This document shows, piece after piece, positions 1-8,029 of a stretch of 27,038 nucleotides of DNA. Source of the stretch: a virus (Duplodnaviria > Caudoviricetes); the IMG/VR virus record IMGVR_UViG_3300007643_000002, positions 1-27,038 of that record; one strand, written 5' to 3'. Below the pieces are notes generated by a model. The model saw only the letters and a program-made list of their open reading frames with translations, did not search any database and was not told the DNA's origin. Every line of letters begins with the position of its first letter. Within the stretch, counting starts at the first letter, position 1. A program made the position numbers and the translations under genes.

Positions 1-312
1 ATTAGCCAACTGAAAATCTTTCACCGCCGCCACGGTCACAGGACCCCACACCCCATCGACGGTGACGCCGACAGCGGCCTGGACCGCCTCGACATCGACA
101 GCGGCCAGAGGTGCCGTTGTGGCCGTGGCTGTTGTTGTGGTCGGGGCGATTGTGTCGGCCAGGGGGATAGCGTCGGGAATCGCGACGGGTGGCGGTTCGG
201 GTGGCGGTTCGAAAGCTACCGACATGGCGTAGATGCCTGCGCCGGCCAGCGCGAACGCTATGAGTAGTGCTATGGCGCGGCGTACCGATTGTTTCATTTC
301 GAATCCCATCAT
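1..312 (-). CDS. Secreted or membrane-anchored peptidoglycan-binding protein, probable endolysin (5' part only, runs off the window)
   Basis: Not in the ORF track. Manual translation from ATG at 312 (ATGA overlap with the upstream stop; alternative ATGs at 309 and 297): MMGFEMKQSVRRAIALLIAFALAGAGIYAMSVAFEPPPEPPPVAIPDAIPLADTIAPTTTTATATTAPLAAVDVEAVQAAVGVTVDGVWGPVTVAAVKDFQLAN. It shows a basic n-region, hydrophobic h-region, Pro/Thr linker and a PG_binding_1-like motif (VQ..VGV.VDG.WGP.T..AVK.FQ). Confidence 0.8.
   Translation of the reverse strand, partial: MMGFEMKQSVRRAIALLIAFALAGAGIYAMSVAFEPPPEPPPVAIPDAIPLADTIAPTTTTATATTAPLAAVDVEAVQAAVGVTVDGVWGPVTVAAVKDFQLAN
187..210 (+). repeat. Perfect 12-bp tandem duplication (GGGTGGCGGTTC x2) encoding EPPPEPPP
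   Basis: Seen directly at 187-198 and 199-210, in frame within the linker of the PG-binding protein. Confidence 0.85.
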
Positions 313-524
313 TTGGCCTCGGTGTCTTGGCGTCGACCGAGCCACGCCCGTACCAGTTCTTCAACTGGGGCGCCGGTGGCCAAACCGGCGACGAGCCAGT
401 AAGCGACCGTCGGTGGGGCGAACTCGGGAACGAAAGCGTCGATCGCTACCAACCCGAGTACCGCCGATATGCCGAAGACAACCAGCGCCGTTGGTGTCTT
501 GTTATGTGCTGTTTGATCCGCCAC
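309..524 (-). CDS. Small two-TM membrane protein, holin candidate
   Basis: 71 aa with two hydrophobic segments (ALVVFGISAVLGLVAI; VAYWLVAGLATG) and a charged C-terminus (RAWLGRRQDTEAK); lies directly upstream of the PG-binding protein. Confidence 0.6.
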   Translation of the reverse strand: MADQTAHNKTPTALVVFGISAVLGLVAIDAFVPEFAPPTVAYWLVAGLATGAPVEELVRAWLGRRQDTEAK

Positions 525-663
525 CCATTCGCCCGATCCTGTTGATACTTACAGATGCCACGGCGCCGCCCACGAACAGGGCGGCACCGATCCACGAGGC
601 GAGTAGTAGCGCCAGTACCCATACAAGCGCTGCTGCTAGAGCCCACACATCGATTCCGGTCAT
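502..663 (-). CDS. Small membrane protein (holin or lysis accessory candidate)
   Basis: 3' part of ORF 502..918. Likely start is ATG at 663, 2 nt after the fibre stop: MTGIDVWALAAALVWVLALLLASWIGAALFVGGAVASVSINRIGRMGGGSNST, with a long hydrophobic stretch. Confidence 0.55.
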   Translation of the reverse strand: MTGIDVWALAAALVWVLALLLASWIGAALFVGGAVASVSINRIGRMGGGSNST

Positions 664-665
664 GG

Positions 666-3600
666 TTACGGCTTCATGCCGATCGCCTGCCAGCTGAACG
701 GCTCGGTGATCGCACCGGATGGTGCGTCGTCGATGCCGGGTCCGTGGAACACTTTGTCGTAGTGGACTTGGGTGGTTGTCTTGACGCTGTGCTGGACGAC
801 GAACAGATCGCTGGTGGTAGCAGCCTCGACATTGGCGACAAACGAGTAGCCGGTGTCGGCGAACGCTGCGGGGAACACGATGTCCCCGAGCGACGCGGTG
901 CCAGGCACGACACCCCACTGCATCCGCATGGTCCCGATATCGAAGTACCCGGACGCTGCCTGATCGTTAGTGACGAGGTCAGTGCTCGGGATGACGGTTT
1001 GCTGGCCGGCGTCGGGCATGACGACCGTGGATGTGGGGAGCTGCTTGACGGAAATGTTGTAGTACGAGGGGAAGATGTTGGAGGCGGCGGACGTCCCAAT
1101 CAGGATCGCTATTGAGTCACCGGCCACCAAGTCGCCAGACCAAGAAACAGGGACGGGGTGGTTCCTGTCGGCAGTGGCGTCGCCTTCGTTGAATCCGACG
1201 GCAAGCAGTTCAACGTCGTTGCGGGCGATCTGGACCAGTGAACGTGCGCCCACGGTGTTGTTGATGATGCCCAAGTTGACATCGATCTCGTAGCGGCCGT
1301 CGACAGCGACTGTGAGGGAGTCCGCCCCGATAGCGACATCGCTCGAATTGGAAACCGCTGGAGTGCTCAGATCAAGTTTCTGACCAGTTGGCAACAGTGC
1401 CGTAGCATCAGAGCTGGCCACCACGGCCACCGACCCCATGTTGCCTTCCTCTGTGGTCTCAGACTCGTTGAGATAGGCGTAAGCCAGTGATGTCGGGGTG
1501 ACCATCCCGGCCAGGACTGTTTGCCCGCCGCTGAATGTAGAGGCTGAGTCCTCGACCAACAGAACGATACCGATAGGCGAGACACCGGACTGGTCGGCGT
1601 TGTCCCTGTTGACGGTGATTTCGTTGACGCCAGTGATATAGATCGACGGGCGGTGGTCCGAAGCGTTCGGGGCGCTCGAACCGTTGCCGTGTGCAGCGTA
1701 GGCCGAACGGATCGCAGCGGTCGCCGGGACGACGGCGGCGCCAAGCTGAAGGACAGTCTGGTCATCCTGGAACGAGTAGAAATCAAGGTAGACCCTGCGG
1801 AAACTGCTGCCTTCGTCGATGTAGCGGATCGAGTTGATCGCCAACTGGCCCGTCGTCGGGGTTGTGCCTGTGATCAAGGTGTGTGACGTGGATGTCAGTT
1901 CGGTGAGCGGAGCTGTCTGGACTGGGTCCGTTGTCGAAGTTGCGCCGACAACGGACACGACCCACTGGCCAGCCGCGATGTCATCGGCCCGGAACTGAGT
2001 GCCTGCCGCATAGTTCGAGAAGTGGAACAACCCGTCGACCGACCCGTTGAGCTGTTCGCCTGCAGCGGGGGCCAGCGAGGCGGTGTTGGTGACGTCTTCG
2101 TTGGCGAAGAACACGATAGCGCCAGCGCCCGTAGCGGCAGGCAACACCTCAGCCACGGCACCGGCCGAAGAGTCGATCACCGTAGCGACAGCGGCCGACG
2201 CTGGGACGTATGGGTAATCCCAGTCTATGTCGAGCAGATCAATCGAATCGACGCGAGACACGTCCTCTGTGCCGAGCGCAGCGGCATCCGAATAGGCCGG
2301 GTACAGCCGCCAAGTCAAGGCACCAGCGACCCCGGTGAACGCCAACACCCACTCGAAATAGCCGTCCCGAGTCAACGTCGAAACCACCGACGGGGCAACC
2401 CCGGTTCCAAGCTGGGTGACAGTCGTCGAACCGTCAAACGGGTTCATCACGGCGGTCGCCAGATTCGCCGCAGCGAAATCAGCGGTCTGAACAGCGAACC
2501 CGTGGCCAGGCGTACCGACATCGGCAACCCGAACCCGGACATACTGGGTTCCGGTGACCGGAGCCGCCCCTGGCCCGGTGTAGAACCCGGCGTCTGTGCC
2601 GCTGTTGTCGGCAAGGCGAGTCGAGAACGAATTGTTCAGCCCAGCCTGAACCTGAATCGGAGTGTCAACGTTTGAAGTGCTCCACTGAGAAGCCTTCACC
2701 GTCAAATCGGTGAGCGGACTGTTGTTGACCTCGATCGCAACACCCGAACCGTCCACCGCGTAGACGCCCTCAGCCAAAGCCGGGTCAGGGGTGTCGGAAC
2801 CGTTGTAGTAGGCGGTTACATCAACCAGCGATGCCGTGGTGACCGCAGCTTGAATCTCGGCCAACGATGGCAGACCGGTCACGGCCGGGGCTACGGCGGT
2901 GTTGGTCAGGTGGGCCAGGTCGTTCCCTGCTGCCACGCCGAACACGTCGAGGCTGAGCTGGAAATCGTAGATCGGATTCATGCTGGCTTCCATCGGCGGA
3001 GCCAAAGTGGCCCCGTCGGTCAGCAGCCAGTACAGGTCATTAGGGCCACTGACAAAGGTGACGGTTACTGAGATGGTCTGACCTGCTGCCACGCTGATCG
3101 GCGCAGCGAACGACGCGACGTCGTTCGCCGACACAAACCCTCCACCAGCAGGGGCGGAAGCGGTGAAGTCGAGGGAGCTGCCCAGAAGGGTACCGCCGAG
3201 GCCAACCCCGTCATAAACATCGACACGTGCGACGTTCCCAGCAGTGTCCTGCGACGTGCTGACAGTAATCTCGCGGATCTCACCTGCAGCTGAATGCACG
3301 ATCGTCTGGTAAGCAGCGGCAGCGACAGCGAAAGCCAACGAGTCGACACCGTCAAGAGTCCGAAAACTCTCAACCGGAATCTCGCTCGGTTCGTTCAACC
3401 GGGTCACGGCACCGCTGCCATCAACGTCGTACACGTAGGTCGGGTTGTCGGCGTCGATGTCGGTGCCGGTGTAGTACAGCAGTACCCCGGTGATCGTGTT
3501 GGTCGTGACGTACGCCTGAACCTCGGTGTCGGTAGGCGCCTGCGGCAGAGCCGGAGCCAGGGCGGTATCGGTCACATGAACGCGGTCTAAAGCGGCGCCG

Positions 3601-3962
3601 CTGCCCGTACCAAGCGCAGTGACAGCGCCATTCGCATCAACCAGAAACAACGCCGTCGCCGGATCGGCCTCAACGTCAGTGCCGGTGTAGCGGACCAGCG
3701 CATCAACAATCGACCCCGCCGTGGTGAACACCGTGATCTCGGCCTCGGTCGGCTCACCCGGCACGGCAGGTGCGACCGACGTGTCATCGGCAAACTCTCG
3801 TGCCCGGCCATCAGCCTTCGCCTCGTTAGCGTCGATGATCACACCGAAAGAGATCAGGTCGGCGTCGATCTGGGCGAACTGTGCCGCCAGATCAGCAGCG
3901 ACCTGATTGTGCGTGTCCGTCGCAATGATTGGGTCTGGCGTGAAAGTCTTGTTCGTTGGCAT
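666..3962 (-). CDS. Large modular tail fibre/adhesin with three ~60-aa internal repeats and a C-terminal gp53-like domain
   Basis: 1098 aa, rich in A/T/G/V/D; AGGAG RBS. The C-terminal GYFDIGTMRMQWG..IVFPAAF..FSWQAIG matches the common fibre-tip (gp53-like) motif, and LTVAVDGRYEIDVNL resembles a C1q-like segment. Confidence 0.8.
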   Translation of the reverse strand: MPTNKTFTPDPIIATDTHNQVAADLAAQFAQIDADLISFGVIIDANEAKADGRAREFADDTSVAPAVPGEPTEAEITVFTTAGSIVDALVRYTGTDVEADPATALFLVDANGAVTALGTGSGAALDRVHVTDTALAPALPQAPTDTEVQAYVTTNTITGVLLYYTGTDIDADNPTYVYDVDGSGAVTRLNEPSEIPVESFRTLDGVDSLAFAVAAAAYQTIVHSAAGEIREITVSTSQDTAGNVARVDVYDGVGLGGTLLGSSLDFTASAPAGGGFVSANDVASFAAPISVAAGQTISVTVTFVSGPNDLYWLLTDGATLAPPMEASMNPIYDFQLSLDVFGVAAGNDLAHLTNTAVAPAVTGLPSLAEIQAAVTTASLVDVTAYYNGSDTPDPALAEGVYAVDGSGVAIEVNNSPLTDLTVKASQWSTSNVDTPIQVQAGLNNSFSTRLADNSGTDAGFYTGPGAAPVTGTQYVRVRVADVGTPGHGFAVQTADFAAANLATAVMNPFDGSTTVTQLGTGVAPSVVSTLTRDGYFEWVLAFTGVAGALTWRLYPAYSDAAALGTEDVSRVDSIDLLDIDWDYPYVPASAAVATVIDSSAGAVAEVLPAATGAGAIVFFANEDVTNTASLAPAAGEQLNGSVDGLFHFSNYAAGTQFRADDIAAGQWVVSVVGATSTTDPVQTAPLTELTSTSHTLITGTTPTTGQLAINSIRYIDEGSSFRRVYLDFYSFQDDQTVLQLGAAVVPATAAIRSAYAAHGNGSSAPNASDHRPSIYITGVNEITVNRDNADQSGVSPIGIVLLVEDSASTFSGGQTVLAGMVTPTSLAYAYLNESETTEEGNMGSVAVVASSDATALLPTGQKLDLSTPAVSNSSDVAIGADSLTVAVDGRYEIDVNLGIINNTVGARSLVQIARNDVELLAVGFNEGDATADRNHPVPVSWSGDLVAGDSIAILIGTSAASNIFPSYYNISVKQLPTSTVVMPDAGQQTVIPSTDLVTNDQAASGYFDIGTMRMQWGVVPGTASLGDIVFPAAFADTGYSFVANVEAATTSDLFVVQHSVKTTTQVHYDKVFHGPGIDDAPSGAITEPFSWQAIGMKP

Positions 3963-3975
3963 CAGCCAGCTCCTT

Positions 3976-4278
3976 CTAAGGGGTTAGAAATAGGTCGTCG
4001 GTCATAAACGGGTCGTGCGCCACTGGCGTCTGGTTTTCCCAGTCGGCCAACACGGTCGGGTCGGCGCCCATCAGACGCCACGTATCGCCCGTATCGGCAG
4101 TGACAGCGGTATCGCCGCGCTCTGCGTCGGTCAAGGTCACAAGGTCAGCGTTGGCGGGCACTTCGCCCCAGTGGTTGTTAGACACCGTCGGCGCCACCAC
4201 CAGAACACGGGCGTCGACCTGCGCCTGAGTAAGGCCAGTACCGCCACCGCCGCTACCGCCGAGGTAGACGTTGCTCAC
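3976..4278 (-). CDS. Short fibre-module virion protein
   Basis: 100 aa; Gly-rich start, then VPANADLVTLTDAERGDTAVTADTGDTWRL...W, a small module typical of phage fibres; GTGA overlap with the upstream gene. Confidence 0.65.
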   Translation of the reverse strand: MSNVYLGGSGGGGTGLTQAQVDARVLVVAPTVSNNHWGEVPANADLVTLTDAERGDTAVTADTGDTWRLMGADPTVLADWENQTPVAHDPFMTDDLFLTP

Positions 4279-4607
4279 CGGTCAGACTCGAACGTGAGAT
4301 CGCCGGCAGTCAGCGAGTGGACCGAAATGTCAAGGTCGCCGTTGGCCTGGACCAGCACCCTGACGTCGGCGTGTTGGACGTCCATGTTCCGTTCCTTCGC
4401 TTCCGCTGGGCAGTGTTCCTGATTGGGTGCCTGCGGGTCGGCCACGGTCCCGTCGAGCGCGACGGTCACAGGGTCGGTGTGCCCGTCCTTCACTAGGGTG
4501 AGCGTGGAACGGTGGTGTACCCCGGCGCTGTGCCCGAACCCTGTGAGTGTGAACGTTTCGGCGCCGGTCCCGCCGTGCGCCATGATTTGGGAATAGATAG
4601 ACGGCAT
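4275..4607 (-). CDS. Hypothetical beta-rich protein, probably virion-associated
   Basis: 110 aa; AGGAG RBS; coupled to the next gene by a GTGA overlap; His-rich. Confidence 0.65.
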   Translation of the reverse strand: MPSIYSQIMAHGGTGAETFTLTGFGHSAGVHHRSTLTLVKDGHTDPVTVALDGTVADPQAPNQEHCPAEAKERNMDVQHADVRVLVQANGDLDISVHSLTAGDLTFESDR

Positions 4608-4618
4608 GAAGCGCTCTC

Positions 4619-6526
4619 CTAAGGTAGTGATGTTTCGACAGTGAAACCGAGGAAAAGATTACGGTTGCCGCCCGCAAGTTTCCGGGCGTGACAAGTCAAA
4701 TCGGCCGCAAGGGCGGAACGGTTCATCACGCCACACTCGAACGTCGTCCGATACACGAGGTTGTTGGCGTTGGTGTTCGCAGTGGGGAACGCCGACCTGA
4801 GCGACTGATACACCGGCCGCCACTCCAGCAAGTTCACATTGTTCAGCCCGGCGTCCCACGAGTCAGAGTTGATCGCCGTGAGCAAACCGAACGCCACTTC
4901 GAAATCGGTGACGTCGGCGTTGTTGATCCGGTACCAGTAATGGATCCGTTCGACAACTGCGCCCGGTGGGATCATGATTGATGTGCGGTCGTTCTGGTTG
5001 CTGATATCCGGTGTCGCCCCGGTGCCCGAATCGTCAGACCAGACTTCGTTGTTGAGGCCCCACTGCTCGTTCATCCCGTACCACGTGTCGACGACGCTCA
5101 GCGTGTGGCGACCAGAATACGAATCTGTCGACAAGTACTTGGGTGCGGCGCCGCGGACGATCACAACCGGATTCTGATCCTCCGGATCAAACACCTGAAC
5201 AGGCGTGACTGCGTCCGAAGAAACGTTCTCGATGACGATAGGCGAACTGCCATCGGCGCCGATGCCGTATGGTGCGACCGAACGGACACGGACCGACGCC
5301 AGCGCAGCTGCCGCGCCGGTAGCGTTCGACACTTTTAGGTTGCGGACGGTCACGCCACCCTGGCCGATAGCCGCAGCGTACAGGTCGTCGTATCCGTCGA
5401 CCTCGAACCCGTCGATCAGAATGTTTGCGTCGTCCACGTCCGTGGCGTAGTTCACGCCCGGCTCCAAGATGCCGAGGACACCCTGCCCTGCGCCGCCATT
5501 CGGGCCAGCGGGCAGGTAGGTGGTGTCTTTCGAACGGCCGCCAAGAACGGTGATGTCGGTTACGCCGCGCTTGAACTCGATCGAGTCCGTTGTCATCCCT
5601 ACGAACTGCGGGTTGATGATCTCCAAATCGTGCGACTTGTCCTGCCCGATCGTCGCCGTCGAACCCTTACCCAGATATAGGCCCTCGAGCTCCTGCGGGT
5701 TCAAAGCGCCAACGTCGGCAGGGCCGACCTTCGGGCAGAGGATGCGCCCATACTCAGACCAAGTGCCAATGTCGCCAGTGAACGACTGCCACGCAATGTG
5801 CGCGGACCCGTCCGACAACGAACACTCGACGTGACCGATCACCGTAGGGTGCTCGGCCGTGCCCTTCACGCCCTGATATCGAATGTTGTCGAACCCGCCG
5901 ACCACCTTCACATTCTCAACCCAAACGTGAGCGACCTCGCCCACATCGATCGTCGGGTTAGCGGCAGTACCACCCATCAGGACATCGGGGTCGGCAGTGA
6001 ACCTCACCGGCTTGCCCGGTGTGCCGCCAACCATCGGGTTAGCACGGCCAGAGAACAGGTCGCCACGCATGTCGAAGTAGCCGACAATCTGAGCGCCCGT
6101 CCCACCGTCCGGGTGGCGCAGATGAACAACATCGCCCGCAGCTATCGAGGCTGCAGTCTTGAGTGCGTCGAGTTCGGCGGCGGTGTTGATGACGTGACGT
6201 GTTCCGCCCGTGGCCGGGTCGACGATTTGCGACTGGCCGCACGTCGGACACTCGAGCGGTAGCGCCGGGTCGATCCAGTGTCCCTCATACTTGGCGAACT
6301 TCTTACCGTCCGGGCAGCGGACGTTCGTAACGAACACCTCTACATCATCAACCAGAGCGTCATACGGCAGCTGCGTCAGTCGCCGCGGCGCCGTCGGAAC
6401 CCACTTGGCTGTGGCCGTGCTGTAGCGAACAGAGTTGCCCGCGACGGTCGCCTCGAACCCGTCGAGCGGCGTGACGGGCAGTGAAGCCACATCGGCGACA
6501 ACAGAGTCGGGCAGTATCCACGCCAT
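4619..6526 (-). CDS. Right-handed parallel beta-helix protein (putative polysaccharide depolymerase/tailspike)
   Basis: 635 aa; INTAAEL..A..AGDVVHL, GTPGKPVRFTA, EGLYLGKG and TDSIEFKRG are typical of pectin-lyase-fold proteins; N-terminal fibre module and a CPTC motif. Confidence 0.75.
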   Translation of the reverse strand: MAWILPDSVVADVASLPVTPLDGFEATVAGNSVRYSTATAKWVPTAPRRLTQLPYDALVDDVEVFVTNVRCPDGKKFAKYEGHWIDPALPLECPTCGQSQIVDPATGGTRHVINTAAELDALKTAASIAAGDVVHLRHPDGGTGAQIVGYFDMRGDLFSGRANPMVGGTPGKPVRFTADPDVLMGGTAANPTIDVGEVAHVWVENVKVVGGFDNIRYQGVKGTAEHPTVIGHVECSLSDGSAHIAWQSFTGDIGTWSEYGRILCPKVGPADVGALNPQELEGLYLGKGSTATIGQDKSHDLEIINPQFVGMTTDSIEFKRGVTDITVLGGRSKDTTYLPAGPNGGAGQGVLGILEPGVNYATDVDDANILIDGFEVDGYDDLYAAAIGQGGVTVRNLKVSNATGAAAALASVRVRSVAPYGIGADGSSPIVIENVSSDAVTPVQVFDPEDQNPVVIVRGAAPKYLSTDSYSGRHTLSVVDTWYGMNEQWGLNNEVWSDDSGTGATPDISNQNDRTSIMIPPGAVVERIHYWYRINNADVTDFEVAFGLLTAINSDSWDAGLNNVNLLEWRPVYQSLRSAFPTANTNANNLVYRTTFECGVMNRSALAADLTCHARKLAGGNRNLFLGFTVETSLP

Positions 6527-8020
6527 TTATGAGACTCCAGTGAGTGAAATGGTTGCGTTCAAATCTTCAGGCGGTGTCGCCCCGTCGGCGACGGTTACGA
6601 TCGCCCGGAACTGGTCGCCAGCCACGACAGCCTCGCCGATGTTGTCGACGGCGTTACCGACAACATCGGCCCCGACAATCGTCAACACCGGGTTCGCAGC
6701 GAATGCTGTGACTCTGCGTTCAAGTTCGACGGTGAAAGCGTTGTTCGAATCGTTGCTGGTGATGGCCATGCTGAACTTGTCGAGCGTCCCGCTAACCGGG
6801 CAAGCAATCCAGTTGGTGAAGTAGCCGACGCCGATCGTGCCGTCTCGGCTGCCGAGGTTCAGGGTCGTTGAGTTGGTCGCAGCCGCCGCAGTCGCCCCGG
6901 TCGCCTTATCGATCGACTCGTGCCGCAACAGACCGGTCGCCGAGTTTGTCCACTTCTCCCAGACACCGCCACCCCAAACCTCGAACGCCACCTTGGAGAC
7001 ACCGAAGGGCGCTTCAAGCTCCCAGTAGGTGTTATCGTCCGGCTGATAGCGGGTACGGATGTACGTGTCAACCTCGGCGTCGGAAATTATGGTGCTCTCA
7101 GCGTTCGGCTGTTCGGCGTACTCAACCGTCGAGAAACCACGACCAATAGACATATTAAACCGGGTGCCGGTAGACCCCTGGGTGCCGAAATTGAAGTTGG
7201 CATTACGGACATGCAGCCCATCGATGTTCGCAAGCCCTGGGCAGTCCCAGCGGAACTGAGCGCCAGCCCCGCCATCGTCCAGGTTTTTCTCCCAGTAGCA
7301 GTCGGTGACCCAAATGCCCCGCATCGGCAACCCGGTCACGTCTGCGGCGTCAACCTCGACGACGAGGCCCTCACGTTGGTTCCCTTCAAACGTGCAGTGA
7401 TTAATGGAGACGGCGACGCCTTGTCGGATCAGCGCACCCTGAGCGCCGTTCGTTTGAATGCGACACCCCATGAGGCGCATCGTTGTATTTCGCCCAGCGG
7501 TAACAACAGCAGGGTCGGACATGAAGCCAACCCCAAGGTTCTCGTACAAGTCGCATTCGTTCATTTTAAGAAAGACGACTTGAGCGGCGAACACTCCCGA
7601 CCTGACGCACCCGGTCACGTCGACACGATCCATGACCGACGACCCGGACTTGAAGCCGCCCGTCCCGTCGCCTAGCTGTATGCCGTCGATACCGACACCG
7701 CCCCCGTCAACCGTCAAGTCTCGAAGGACAGACCGGAGCGTTCTGATAGAGCCGCCCCCGACCTTGATCCCGGTTGGGCCACTGAAACGCAGCCTCGTCG
7801 CGGCAGCCGAAACACCCTCGATCACAACGTCGTCGTGGAGTTGTAGGGTGCTCGCCAGACGCAGCGGCCCAGCGGGCAGCAAGACCTTCCCCGGCTCGCC
7901 GCCCGCTATGTCAGCGGCCCGCTGGATCGCTGCGTTAATTCCTGGCACTGCGTCGGTTGTGTCATCCGCTACTACGTTGGCGTGGACGTCTCCCCGACTA
8001 ACAGAAGATCTAACAAGCAT
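6527..8020 (-). CDS. Pectate_lyase_3-like beta-helix protein (putative depolymerase)
   Basis: 497 aa; DDTTDAVPGINAAI...KVLLPAG.LRL.STLQL..DVVIEG opening motif, followed by repeated beta-helix coils (CDLYEN, CRIQTN, CTFEGN, CYWEKN). Confidence 0.8.
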   Translation of the reverse strand: MLVRSSVSRGDVHANVVADDTTDAVPGINAAIQRAADIAGGEPGKVLLPAGPLRLASTLQLHDDVVIEGVSAAATRLRFSGPTGIKVGGGSIRTLRSVLRDLTVDGGGVGIDGIQLGDGTGGFKSGSSVMDRVDVTGCVRSGVFAAQVVFLKMNECDLYENLGVGFMSDPAVVTAGRNTTMRLMGCRIQTNGAQGALIRQGVAVSINHCTFEGNQREGLVVEVDAADVTGLPMRGIWVTDCYWEKNLDDGGAGAQFRWDCPGLANIDGLHVRNANFNFGTQGSTGTRFNMSIGRGFSTVEYAEQPNAESTIISDAEVDTYIRTRYQPDDNTYWELEAPFGVSKVAFEVWGGGVWEKWTNSATGLLRHESIDKATGATAAAATNSTTLNLGSRDGTIGVGYFTNWIACPVSGTLDKFSMAITSNDSNNAFTVELERRVTAFAANPVLTIVGADVVGNAVDNIGEAVVAGDQFRAIVTVADGATPPEDLNATISLTGVS

Positions 8021-8029
8021 TGGCTGTCC

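Noticed and set aside
2-364. 120-aa minus-strand ORF in the track
   Set aside because: Wrong frame; the overlapping frame 1..312 encodes a clear signal, linker and PG-binding protein.
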